Part shown: positions 38,330-51,748 of the stretch, one piece after another | Numbering within the stretch: position 1 is the stretch's first letter | How the letters are laid out: every line of letters begins with the position of its first letter | From: Octopus sinensis | Lineage: Eukaryota | Reading direction: 5' to 3' | DNA length: 64,000 nt | Assembly (NCBI RefSeq): GCF_006345805.1 | Contig: NC_043000.1 | Span: forward strand, 41,602,001 to 41,666,000 | Translations under genes and position numbers: made by a program | The notes under the pieces: model-generated | The model's input: the letters and a program-made list of their open reading frames with translations, nothing else | What the model was told of the DNA's origin: nothing | Databases searched by the model: none

Positions 38330-39850
38330 CATTATTATTTCATATACACACAACAGATTAAACTGTCGAAAACGAAAAATTTCTAACATCAGGCTACAAC
38401 TAACTTTAAATGACAAGAGCCCTGCTAAGAATCCTAGCTGCATCTAAAAACACTATTTTCTTGAGCTGTACTAAACTGGGTTTTATGCCTATTTCCTATA
38501 CCCCTCTGTTCAAATCTTTAGGAATAGCTCCTAATACACCTATATCTACAGATATTCAATTTTACCTGCATTTTCTACGGTCTCTGTAACTCAATGGTTA
38601 AGTCCTGGTACTTTGCTATTTACTCTATACTCTCATGTTGACTTTCTCATCATTTGGGACTTACTATTCTTTTAGTCTACTACTACTAAATCAGACCTAC
38701 CTCCTATTACTCTGTCCATCTGAATGTTAAGGTCCCACAACATCTTAAATTTCTTACTTCCTACTACTTTATTAGGTTCATGTTCATACCATTTATCAGT
38801 ATGGTGAAATCCTAACTTTCTACATAAATTCCAGTAGATTTACACCCTAGAATGTCATGTCTTTTCTGGTATATTTTCTGTATCAACATGTTACATTCAC
38901 TTACTGTATGAATAACACTTCCTCTTTTAATTTACATAACCTACATCTACTTGGATTTTATATATCTTCGCTTTTATCCAATGAGTCCTCCACGCTTGAT
39001 CTTATGCTGTTACTATCAAACTTTCTGTCATGCAACCATAACCATGTTTCACAATTACTATTTCCTGCAACTATCTTTGGGAATCTACCATGCAAGGACT
39101 TTTCTTGTCAGTCAAATAATCTTATTCTTTTGTCTGATTTTTAACTTCTTTTGGCTTTTTGGTTTTCCTATGTCTTGCTGTGACTCTAGCAACTCTTATT
39201 AGCCTTTATTCACTATTATATACATAGAAGTCTATATCTACTCTAGCTAACTCCACACATTCTTCTCGTATTAACTCTCTTCTACCTTCCTTTCTAAGTA
39301 TAATCTTGCTACTCCTGTTCTAGGGTGAAGTCCTCTATTCATATTGAATTCCTTCCTATTTCTTCTATCGATATTTTCTAATTCAGATTTTGTCCAATCT
39401 ACAAAAGCTACTGAGTATCTAAGTAACGATAATGTCCAAGTATTTATAGCCGTTACTAGATTCGGACCATTTAGTTTTCACTTCATTAGCTTCTTCACCC
39501 TACTGATGTACACCTCAATTTTCATTTTCATTTCTATAGTTAAAACTCTGTCACATTCTAATACTCTTAGATACTTATAGCTCTCCTTCTTTCTGTGATT
39601 TTAATGTCTGGCCATCTGGTAATTGGATGCCTTCACTGCTAACTACCTGTCCCTTTTTCATGACTAATATTGCACACTTATCTACGTCAAATTCCATGCC
39701 TATGTCTTTGCTGAAGAGTTTTACTGCTTGTATTAAGGAATTTATCTCCTTTTTATTCTTATTAAAAAACTTCAGATCATCCATGTAGAGGAAATGGTTA
39801 ATTTTTCCTTTACTATTTCTGAACTGAAACACTTTAATGACATTTTGGCT
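38330..39850 (-). mobile_element. Decayed R4/Dong-like non-LTR retrotransposon, 3' half (RT plus restriction-enzyme-like endonuclease)
   Basis: INHFLYMDDLK..KDIGMEFDVDKCA; RHD; YWNLCRKLG..KWYEHEPNKV..KMLWDLNIQMDRVI..RSDLVVVD; GVLGAIP. Multiple stops and frameshifts. Confidence 0.85.
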
Positions 39851-40300
39851 GTCTTAACATCATGAGCTCAGATTCTGCCGAGGTCAGTTTTACCTTTCAT
39901 CCCTTCAGGGTCGGTAAAATAACTACCAGTCGAACACTGTGGGATCGATATAATTGACTTAGCCACTTCGCCGAAATTGCTGGCCTTGTGCCAATATTTG
40001 AAACCATTATTGTTGTTGTTGTTGCCGTTGTTTTTGTTGTTATTATTTTATCTTTTACTTCTTTCAGTCATTAGACTGCGGTCATACTGTGGCAATGCTC
40101 TGGAGAATTTTTAGTCGAATGAATCAACCTCAGTACCTTTTTCCTTTTGTTTTTTTTTGCGTGTGAAACGGGGTGCTGTAACTTATTCTGTCAGCTTCTT
40201 TTACCGATCCGTTAAGTTAGTGGGACGTAAAAATAAAAACACCGGTCGTCAAACGGTGTTGGGGCACAAACACTGACGCAAAAGCAGGCACAGATGCACA
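39850..40300. mobile_element. SINE A (+, 39850-40010) and SINE B tail (-, 40050-40300)
   Basis: Family motifs as above. Confidence 0.7.
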
Positions 40301-40359
40301 TTCATACCTCCATACTTACGCGCGCGCGCATGCACACACGGACACACACATATACATTC

Positions 40360-40458
<99 letters not shown>

Positions 40459-40509
40459 TAAGTATATATAGTAGCTTGCATGTGGGGCCCTGTTAAAATT
40501 TTCCTCAGT

Positions 40510-40850
40510 TGAAGTAGCCCATCCCGCTCAAAAGGTCCCTGAATAAGGGTTGTTTAAGGATGATGAACAAAATACCCATGTTTCCAGAGGTGAATTATCC
40601 AAACCCCAAAGAATTCCTCTCAACACATGGCTATGATGCTTCCCACTACTTCTGCTCGTGATTAGATATGCACATACCATCAGCCACTGAGGGGCATCCT
40701 CAAATGGTTAAGGTCAAGCAGCTGGGAAGCAAATCTGTACTATTGAGCAGAATATTTGCTGTAGCCCATCTTTTCATACCAATACAAAATATGTACATGA
40801 TACCACTTCCAATCAGATGAAAAACTATGAGAGCCAGTGCCTGAAACTAT
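40510..40850 (+). mobile_element. Retroposon family D
   Basis: GTAGCCCATCCC.CTCAAAAGGTCCCTGAATAAGG...GAGAGCCA.TGCCTG recurs at 46095-46455, with a tail copy at 45945-46045; ends in simple repeats. Confidence 0.8.
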
Positions 40851-40873
40851 ATCATCATCATCATCATCATCAT

Positions 40874-40908
<35 letters not shown>

Positions 40909-41115
40909 TGGGGCTATCGTACACCGCATACCGTTGGATTCATATTCAGTTCATTAGGGGACAAGAAGTGAAGTATCATATTACATACAGTAAGAGAAAC
41001 AAAGGCAAGTCCTGTACAGGTGCTTTCCTCACATCGACTCTTTAGAAACGTCCCTTTGTGTGTGGGGGATGGGTGGGCGTTGGGGGATCTGGCAGTGTAC
41101 ATGGGTGTGTGTGTA

Positions 41116-41179
<64 letters not shown>

Positions 41180-41328
41180 CATAGCTTAACTACAACTTAA
41201 TAAATTGCCGAATATCAGTCCATATAGATCATTGTATGTATATATATTACATACACACACATACACGCACACGTACACATGTATACATACATATACGCAT
41301 ATATGAGTGTGTGTGTGTATTTACATAT

Positions 41329-41367
<39 letters not shown>

Positions 41368-41414
41368 CTATATATATATATATATCTATATATATATATA
41401 TATATATATATATC

Positions 41415-41449
<35 letters not shown>

Positions 41450-41476
41450 ATGTATGTATATAAGTATACATATATA

Positions 41477-41580
41477 TTGGTTGGTGCATAATAATTGCAA
41501 CTTTTTTCTACAAATTTTATTCAACAAAAACAATATTTAACAAAAACGTCTTTAAATGATTATTCCGGAGCATATTCACC
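41477..41580. mobile_element. Mariner terminal fragment
   Basis: TA|TTGGTTGGTGCATAATAATTGC mariner-type TIR. Confidence 0.55.
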
Positions 41581-41650
41581 ATATACATACATATATATAT
41601 ATGTATATATATTGACATAGACTCTAATATGCATGCATACATACATATAT

Positions 41651-41709
<59 letters not shown>

Positions 41710-42104
41710 TTAAGATAGACTCTAATCACCGTAAAAATCTACCTTCGATAGTGTAAGCAAATGCATATCTATCTGATATCGAATCTCTCGGCCATTGGGG
41801 AAATCTTCAATAACAATGCTACATACTGTAACCAGGTAGTATCTGCTAGCGGCTTCTCCCTGCAAATTAATTTCATGGCAAACACTAGGCTTAAAAAACA
41901 CATCGCTAAACTCAGTTCCGAAGAGACACACTATAGTACTAGACAAATAAACCATTCGACTATAGACAGACAAACTTAAACCCCCGCTAGAAACTTGGAC
42001 GGACCTCGTGTGAGACACACTCGTCGACTCTACGCTCATCCGTATAACACTCGATCGAAACTCAAACAGATATACAACAATGAAGCCTACAATAGCAGGA
42101 CGGA

Positions 42105-42432
42105 TCTGACCATTTAACTCACCAGACTAAAACCCCTTGATTATTATGCGTGGGGTGCAGTTGAACAAGTGACCAACAAAACTCCTTGTAAAACCAAAGA
42201 TGAATTGAAGGCAAGGATTATAGCAGTATTCATCAACTTAAACAAGGAGATCATCCAGAAGAGTTGCAGATTCCGAAGTCATATGGAGGCCGTGGTTGAA
42301 ATCAATGGCGATTTTATTAAATAAATTTCTCTTTAGTATTTCAAGATTTTTTATGTAATTTTGTTAAAATGATATGTCAATGTTACTTTCCTTTTTGCAC
42401 AATTTAGACGACAATTTATTCACCGCACTCGT
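42105..42432 (+). mobile_element. maT/DD37D-like transposon 3' fragment
   Basis: NSPD*NPLDYYAWGAVEQVTNKTPCKTKDELKARI..MEAVVEINGDFIK. Confidence 0.8.
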
Positions 42433-42599
42433 TTCGATCCGTCCTGCTATTGTCCCTTATGTGTGTGACTCTGTTCGACATCTTGTGTTGCATCTATTTT
42501 GCAGTCTAGGTCTCACCATGTACGTCTATAGATAAAGTCGTGTCTCACTAAAGATCTTGAGTCTTGGCTGCCATGTTGTTATATTCTCGTCTAGTTAAG

Positions 42600-43281
42600 T
42601 TAGTTAGTTAGTTAATTTTTTGGCTCAAAAAGCAAAAAGCAAGGCCATATAGGGGGACATGGAGTTATGTACAGGGTAGTATTCATGTAAAGAGTTCAGG
42701 CCACTTGTGGTCAAGGGAGACTTTGAACTGAGCGGTCGTCGGCATCTTCACCATCTCGTCCGGCAGCTTATTCCACGGATCCGCAACCCGGACGGAGAAA
42801 GCCCCTCTCCTTCGATTGAGATGAAATCGTCGCAGATAGAGGTTTTCGGAATGACCCCTCAGCCGATGCTCTGGAGCAGGAGTGAAGAACAGCTCCTTCG
42901 AGAGGTTACACTTTCCGCTTATGATGTTGTGAGCAAGAATGAGATCACCACGGCGTCGTCGTTTTTCTACAGAATAAATGTCGAGCGTCTTCAGCCTTTC
43001 TTCATAAGACAAATTCTTGAGACCAAGAACCATGCGGGTAGCCAGCTTCTGGACTCTTTCGAGATGCTGTATGTCTTTGAGGAGATAAGGAGAAGAGGCT
43101 TGAATCCCGTACTCTAATATGGGTCTCACCAGCGTGACATAGAGCGGTAGGAATATGGCTGCTGTGAGCATTCCGAATGACCGTTGAATCAAGAACAGAA
43201 CTCCGCGTGCTTTGTTGGCAGCATGGACGCACTGGGCCGAAGGTGAAAAGGAGGAATCCACCAAGATACCCAGGTCCTTTA
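42600..43281 (-). mobile_element. Young 5'-truncated CR1-group LINE with 9-bp TSD
   Basis: Uninterrupted ORF2 C-terminus (KDLGILVD..LYVTLVRPILEYG..LERVQKLATRM..SYEERLKTL..RRRGDLI..FSVRVADPWNKLP), short 3' UTR, (TAAC)n tail, and CTAGTTAAG at 42591-42599 and 43282-43290. Confidence 0.92.
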
Positions 43282-43694
43282 CTAGTTAAGGCATATGACA
43301 ACATGGCAGTTGACATTATCTATGGATGTACATAATGAGACCCAGACTGCAAAATTGATGCAACGCAACAAGCTGAACAGAGTCCTACACATAAGGTACA
43401 ATAGTGTGACGGGTCGAAACGAAAGTCGTACAGAATAAAGTTTAATACCAAATCCATCTCGTGACTTAATATAATTAAGTGTGGAGTTTCTGAGGTAGAT
43501 CCAACGGAAATATACTACAACTGCGGATGACAAGAGGTAACGCAAACTACACGAGTGCTCTACTAAACACTTAAACACACTAATCGACTTATACTTAATG
43601 GTCCAAAATATTAATTATATATATATGTATGTATGTATGTATGTGTGTGTGTGTGTGTGTGTGTATGTGTGTGTGCGTGTGCGAGTGTGTGTGT

Positions 43695-43825
43695 GTATAA
43701 TACAAAGAAAACAAGGACGGGTCACTCGGAGTTTTCTTTCCTCAGTCGGGTTCCAGATTATTTTTGCAATTTCGGCTAACGATCTTATGAGTGGCGAGCG
43801 TGTAATAAAAACCATATAGGTAAGA
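43695..43825 (-). mobile_element. PLE-like terminal fragment (family of 23575-23690)
   Basis: Direct homology; flanked by microsatellites. Confidence 0.5.
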
Positions 43826-43828
43826 ATT

Positions 43829-43901
<73 letters not shown>

Positions 43902-45753
43902 CTCCGGCGGAGAGACGAGAAAGGTCCCGCCATCGTTAAGGATAGCTGATACCTTCCGCGGTGACTTTGTTTAAAGTGAAGAAGTGTTGCACACCGTCAG
44001 TCTCACTCTCCCATCTGTAACCATTTTCAATTCAGTGACCGGACCAGTTCAAGATGATTGGTGATAGAAACTGATGCAGTCGATGGCCAAGATGTCTTAT
44101 TTGCCTCATCTGGCTCTCTTCACTCTACAATGCTTTGCTGCAGCTGTCTTTCTCTCCGTGGAGCCATGAAGGGTTTTTTTCTACTTCTGAAAAATCTGCC
44201 GGATCTAGTCGTTACATGCATAAATAACGTAGCTCCATTGAGCTAATTAACCTATACTTGGGAACCCTGACGGGTGCTACTGTACAGGTTCGGAGTAGAA
44301 TTTTGATCAATAGCGCTTAAACGGTGGTTTAACTCTCATCAGAATCTTGGAACTCTGAAACTAGGCTCTCGCTACCGAATACAGTTTAGCGCAATATCTG
44401 AAACGAAGATTTGCATATTTATTCGTCTCTGTTGCGTAAATCACAGGAGAGCAACTTCTCTTTACAAGGACGCTATGTTTATAACACACTCGTCTTATTG
44501 ACGTAAGGGATTCTTGGACACCGATGTTTCAATATCTTGTCTCACTCAGCAACAAACACCTGGATCACTGAACAAAAACAGGCCATCGACTTCGTTTATA
44601 ATTTCAGATACACAAAAGGTAAATCCAAGTTGATAAAGAAATGGGTAAAGAAATCGAGGCGAAATTGCTCACGTATAACTTGTCTACGAAGTAACCTTTA
44701 ACCTTAGATATGTACGTATGTATATATGTATGTATGTAAGTATGTATGTATGTATGTATGTGTGTATGTATGTATGTATGTATGTATGTGTATGTATGTA
44801 TGTATGTATGTATGTATGTATGTGTGTCAGTGTTCAGTTTTATTTCAAGATTTATTGCTAATAGAGAAAGCCGGTTTCTTACCTAGATCCAAGGCTCCTT
44901 CATTGGAATTTTAACATCAACAACAGGGTATTTTTGTTTCATTGTTTATATGCAAGTATGTATGCATGTAGATATGTATGAATGTATGTATGTATGGATG
45001 GATGGATGCATGCATGCATGCATGCATGCATACATGTATGTTTTTCTTTGAGATACATTTAAGTTCTTAAGAGAGTTCAAGCCGGTGGCTAACAAAGTGA
45101 TAAGACTTTTTGAGTTAAGAGTCTACTCTGTGTTTATAAACATGTGACTGAGTTGGTGTGCTGATTGAGCTGTCGATGAAGCACTTAGGTGTGTGCATCT
45201 ATTCACCTAAAGAATCTCGGATGGAAAATCTTTGAATTGTCTCACAAATCTTCACTATGCAACTAGTAGATTGAATTTGGAGAATCCGCGTCAATTTCTT
45301 TTACTCTTTCTTCGAAAAACCTAGTAGTTCTAGTTTTTGTTTATGTAAATTTGTTGGTACATAGCTTAATGCACCTATGATGATAGATACAAATGAGAAA
45401 TTATAGTCAAAGTATAAGAGCTGTCTGTAAGTTCCGCATTTATTCACCATAACATTCTCTTTTTTCCTGGACTTATGATACTACATTCACATCCGCTGGG
45501 CAGCTGACCTCTACAACAGTGCATTACTTGTTTTCCTTGTCCCACAGAAGATTATCAGATCTGTTATGCTTGCACTAAATTGCTGTTTTTATTGGCATGT
45601 TCCAACAGTATTCCTTGTTTTTAATGGTATGAATACATGCTGGTTCTGACATGCCTTTGATATACACGTCAGGGCAATCCTTCCTGCGGTTAGTAGCTAT
45701 ATCATGCCTCAAGGGCAGGTAGTATCTCGCGTATGTATATGTGTATGTATATG

Positions 45754-45787
<34 letters not shown>

Positions 45788-46454
45788 TGTATGTATGTAT
45801 GTATGTATGTATATGGTGTGTGTGTGTGTGTACGTGTACAGGCAAAAACACACATACATATATTAATCATTCTTGACTGGAATTTTCAGTTTCGCTTTAA
45901 CAACTTCTTCAGTCAGAATAAGACATAAAAACGAAATTTGACTCTACTGAAAGCATACTGAAAACAATGTACATGATAACACTTCCAATCAGTTAAGATC
46001 AGAAGCCATGAGAGCCACTGCCTGGTACTGCATCAGGGCATTTATTATTATTATATTATTATTATTATTATCATTATTATTATTATTTTCTTCAGGTCGA
46101 GTAGCCCATCCCACTCAAAAGGTCCCTGAATAAGGATTGTTTAAGGATGTTGAACAAAACATCCATGTTTTTGAAGGTGAATTATCCAAACCCCAAAGGA
46201 TTACTCTCAACACATGGCTATGATGCTCCCCAACTACTTCTGCTTGTGATCAGAGATGCACGTATCGTCAGCCAATAAGGGACATGCTCATCTGGTTAAG
46301 ATCAAACAATTGACAAGCAAATCTGTGGTATTGAGCAGTATATTTGCTGTTAGCCCATCTTTTATACCAAGACAAAACAATGTATATAATAATACCTCAA
46401 AACAATTAAGATAAGAAGCCCTGAGAGCCACTGCCTGGTACTGCATCAGGGCAT

Positions 46455-46482
46455 TTATTATTATTTATTATTATTATTATTA

Positions 46483-46558
<76 letters not shown>

Positions 46559-46599
46559 CATTATTATTAGTATTATTATTGTTGTTGTTGTTGTTGTTG

Positions 46600-46635
<36 letters not shown>

Positions 46636-46768
46636 TATTATTATTATTATTCAGGTCACTGCCTGGTATCGAACTCGGAATCTTGGGTTTAGTAGCCGCG
46701 CTCTTAACCACCACGCCATATGCTCGTGGGCGTACCGGTTAAGAGCGCGGGCTACTAATCCCAAGATT

Positions 46769-46800
<32 letters not shown>

Positions 46801-46831
46801 TAATAATAATAATAATAATAATAACAATAAT

Positions 46832-46864
<33 letters not shown>

Positions 46865-46865
46865 T
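46455..46865. repeat. (ATT/GTT)n and (AAT/AAC)n tracts flanking an inverted tRNA-like SINE head
   Basis: Minus-strand head GGCGTGGTGGTTAAGAGCGCGG..GAGTTCGATACC with an inverted partial copy at 46729-46770. Confidence 0.8.
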
Positions 46866-47499
46866 TGGGGTTCTAACGACCTGTATTTGTTAACACACTA
46901 ATAGACTAGTAGCTAGACGCTATTTCTACTGAATGAAACAATATTTGTATGTACGTATGACCACCTCGTTTTGGCACTTCAGGGCGGGTTTTATTCTGTA
47001 AATGAAGCATACTTGTGCTTATCTTAATTCGTCTTTGTTTCCTCCTTAGAACTGTGTTGGAAGATTTAAGAAGTCTAGAAGATTCCAAATATCAGTGCGA
47101 GATGTCAGTCTGGGTCGTGCATATATGCAGTGTGCAAGAAATCCTCGTCTGTGAGTGCCATGAGTTCGCTGTGTAATTAAATAGTTCCCGACATATTCCA
47201 ACTACATGGAATGTTTGGCAGATGTAATTGTAGTACAATATCCATGGACTGGCTCTAAATTTCAGAGTAAAATTTGGTAAAGAGAAAGTGCGCAGAAGCC
47301 CGATGGATGACATTAAATCTGCTTTGGGGAGGAAGACATATCGCTATGGTATGATTTTGTAGAAAAGCTCCGGGAACCTGTAGCAAAAATGTATATTTGG
47401 TAAGTCCTACGCAGCTTTCTCTAAACTTGTAATAATATTCTAGGCTAGCATTCTATTGAACATTCATCTTAAGCTTGAATATTTTTGCAGTCTTTTTTA

Positions 47500-47822
47500 T
47501 TTTTTATCATTTACTTGTTTCAATCAATATTCTGCAGCCATGCTAGGACACCGTCTTGAACTAGTCTAGTCGAACGGATAGACCCAAGTACTTATTTTAC
47601 CAAAAGCCTTGTGCTTATTCTATTGGTCTCTTTTGCTGAACCGCTAAGGTATGGGGACTTAAACACCTGTTGTCAGCGGTGGAAGGGGAAAACACAGACA
47701 AAATATACACACATACATATATATGATGGGCTTCTTTTAGTTTCCATCTACCAAGTCCACTCACAAGGTTTTGCTCAGCCCGAGACTATAGTAAAAGCTA
47801 TTTGCTCAAAGTGCTACGAAAT
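47500..47822 (-). mobile_element. SINE family B
   Basis: Tail and core motifs on the minus strand. Confidence 0.75.
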
Positions 47823-48399
47823 GGAAACATCCATATTAATCTTGAATTCCTTAACATCACTCCTTGAATGAAAGGAGTGATGTTGAAGAACTATTTGATT
47901 CAAGGAGTGATATTGAGGAACCGAAAACAAATAACAAACTCTACGAATATTCTCGCTATCACTTATAAGCACAAGGATATATAGATATATATGCAAGAGA
48001 AAATTAGTCGCACATATATGCAGAGTGCAAACAAACATTATCCGTGAGTGCCATAAGTTCGCCATGCAATCAAATAGTTCTCGATATATGGAAAGTTTGG
48101 CAGTTGTAATTGTAGCCTTGGATAGGCTCTTAATTTCAGAGTGAAATTTGGTAAATAGAAAGTGCATAGGAACCTGGTAGATGGGATTAAATCTGCTTTG
48201 GAGAAGGAAACATATTGCTATCATCTGGTTTAATTCTTTGAATGTGGAAAGCAGATATATCTGCTCAAAACTGTAATATTGTTGACTGCGAAAATTTGTT
48301 TCACCACAGATCTTCGGAAACTTCTTATGCTGCGAGAATCGGTGACACCCTCTGTGACACTTTTAACATAGGACAATTGCTTTAAGATTTTCTTAATAT

Positions 48400-48800
48400 T
48401 TGTTCACAGGAGTGGGTGTGTAGTACGAAGCTTTCTTCCCAATGAGATTGATCTGGATACAGTCCCACTGCGTAGAACCCTGGACAAGTATCTTCTACCA
48501 TATCCTAGGGCCGACCAAAGCCTTGTGAGTGGATTTCATAGATGAAAACTGAAAGACGCCCGTCGTATATATCGGGGGCGTGTGTGTGTATGTTTGTGTG
48601 TCTGTGTGGCTGTGTGTTTTTCCATCGACACCGCTTGACAAGCAGTGTTTATGTCCCCGTAACTTAGCGGCTTGGCAAGAGAGCCAAAATAGAATAAGTG
48701 CTAAGTTTTAAAAAAATGTCTTAGGGTAGAATTTTCGACTAAAACCCTTTAAGGTGGTGCCCTGGCATGACCACAGTCGAATGACTGAAGCAAAGTATTT
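48400..48800 (+). mobile_element. SINE family B, full length
   Basis: CAGGAGTGGGTGTGTAG head, CAGTCCCACTGCG, CCGACCAAAGCCTTGTGAGTGG and tail. Confidence 0.8.
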
Positions 48801-49218
48801 AAAAGAAAAACGATCAAATAAAACATTTCATTAACTATCTGTTTACAGGGCAAGAATCAAATGATGAATATGAAAACCGTACGTATAACAAATAGTGAAA
48901 AAGTATTACAGAAAGAGAAAATATCAATTAATTAACATCATTACGTACATGACCATGGAATTTAATTGCACACACAAACGGTTATGAACCAACCCTACCT
49001 GACATTATGGGTGCATTTAATGGAGTCCACTCTGGTGCAAATATTTCGGAGAAAGTCTCCGGTCTGAAGATAATAAGCCACTAGATTTTTGGTTTATTAG
49101 ACACTTTCCATCTCCCCACCCAAACCTAACAGTAACTCGAAGGCGTTGTAAAAATGTCATTGGGGCTGCCCCTTCCACCTTTGGATAAAGCAGAGAAAAA
49201 TCCACAAAGGTAGAAAAT

Positions 49219-49273
<55 letters not shown>

Positions 49274-49964
49274 TGCACGAATAGATACTCACAAATCTAT
49301 ACAAACACACATAAAGATAGGAGAAACATATGCAACAACTAGCAGCGGTAAAATTGCATGCAAGTAATGGCCATGTTTGATTTATGTTACAAGATTAAAC
49401 TATGGTCATTTATATTTCTTGTCAAATATCTCTCCAAACTTAATTCGGAGAGAGTGAGAGACAGGTGAGAATGAGGACCAAGAATGTAGAAATGAAAGGG
49501 TTTAGAGTGGTTAGGAAGAAAGCGAAGAACAAAATAGTAATGAAATAGGTAAAGAAAAGAAAAGAAAAACAAACGGGCTTTTTACATATAGATATCAATG
49601 CGTTTGTGAAAACTATATGCACGCAAATTGCAAATTACTCACCTGAGCATGGACACATTAACAGACACATACATAAATATACATGCAATATATTCCCTTC
49701 TTGCCTAAGCGTCCAATAATACTATATTTGTTCCACGTCCTCGCATTGTTGTGTTTTTTTGTGTTTTCTTGTTTGGATTAACTATATATATTATGCGGAC
49801 ATATAGAAGCATATATTCATGTGTGTGCATATGTAAGTGTACATGAATTATGCACACAAACACAGATATATAATTATATATACATGTATATACTTATATA
49901 CATAAATATAAGTATGTAGTGTGTCTGTATATATATATATACATACATATATAAATATAATCAT

Positions 49965-50005
<41 letters not shown>

Positions 50006-50044
50006 GATACATACACACTCACACACACACATATATATATGTAT

Positions 50045-50100
<56 letters not shown>

Positions 50101-50428
50101 ACACACACATACAACAACAACAACAGCACTCAAACAGATATAACGATGCAGAAAAGAGAAGGAAATCGAGAAAGAAATATTGAAAGAGAGGGCGTCATTG
50201 ATACAGTCAGAATTCGGAAACAGAAACACCGTTATTGGGTTACCTGCCAAAAATTAAGTTCTCCTTGACCTAAACTCTAATGTCGCGGTCAGAATGACAT
50301 TGGTTCAGGTTATTTATTCATTTCTTAAGACAAGCACTAACTGCAATCTCTTTATTTCTACCTTACAGACGTAAATGGTTATATGCAAATCCAAAGATCT
50401 GCACATGGCTTAATTTTACTTGCAAGCA

Positions 50429-50435
50429 CATTCAC

Positions 50436-50515
<80 letters not shown>

Positions 50516-50519
50516 TATA

Positions 50520-50590
<71 letters not shown>

Positions 50591-50594
50591 CATG

Positions 50595-50649
<55 letters not shown>

Positions 50650-50661
50650 ATATATGTATAT

Positions 50662-50693
<32 letters not shown>

Positions 50694-50892
50694 CATACAT
50701 ATATATATTATATATATAATATATATATATATGCATACATATATATATATACATGTGTGTGTATGTGAATGTATATATAATATATATATATGCGTGTGTA
50801 TATATACAGATATATATACATGCACACACCCATATATATATATATATATATATTTATATCCACATAAACATATATGTACGTACACACATATG

Positions 50893-50959
<67 letters not shown>

Positions 50960-50960
50960 G
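50429..50960. repeat. Large (TA)n/(TACA)n microsatellite field
   Basis: Direct inspection. Confidence 0.95.
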
Positions 50961-51348
50961 TATGTACGTATGTGTATATGCTGTGCATGAATTTTTTTGC
51001 AGCTAATTATATATTTAACTGCATAGCATATGACATAAATATTACGCGAAGTGTTTAGCATGCACGTTATATACGTTTATCTGTCTTGTAAGAAGTCCCT
51101 TTCTCTGTGTCTACTTTTCTTCCTTTCTCTATTTCTTTCCCTCTCCTTTTCTCTCCTTTTCCTACTCCGTCTCTCTCTTTGTTTCTCTTTATCTCTGTCT
51201 GTCTTTTCGCAGTTACCATATTGCTACTGCCAAATGGTTTAAACTACTAAAAGGAAAAGTGTACATTTATGCGCACGTATATATATAATATATATATATA
51301 TATATGAATGTACGTGTGCATAAATGTACTACATATATATATATATAC

Positions 51349-51657
51349 ACACACACCAGAGTAAGCATATAAATGCGAAACAAGGTGGAAATAGTACTCG
51401 AATACCAGAGGTAGAATAATAAGCTTTATCAAAAAGCAGCAAAATATCACAAAAGCTGTTACTCAGAGTTTTACGCTCCCGTTCGTCGAACAGTTTTGTT
51501 TAGAATCTAAACAAAACCGTCCGATGAAAGGGAAGGTGAAACTCTGAGTAACAGTGTTTGTGATATTTTGTTGCTTTTTAATAAAGGATATTACTCTACC
51601 TCTGGTATTCGAGTACTATTTCCATATTGTTTCGCATTTATATGCTTACTCTGGTGT
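51349..51657. mobile_element. PLE pLTR fold-back with a degenerate hammerhead in each arm
   Basis: About 150-bp inverted arms centred on 51505; motifs at 51456-51494 (-) and 51517-51554 (+) with stem III ACTCTGAGT; flanked by (TA)n. Confidence 0.75.

Positions 51658-51748
<91 letters not shown>

Noticed and set aside
46655-46720. tRNA gene
   Set aside because: No acceptor stem or complete cloverleaf, and an (AAT)n tail; this is a SINE head.
49637-49660. Minus-strand CAG|GTGAGT as a possible recursive splice site
   Set aside because: The upstream tract is GT-rich rather than polypyrimidine, and isolated donors are expected by chance in 64 kb.
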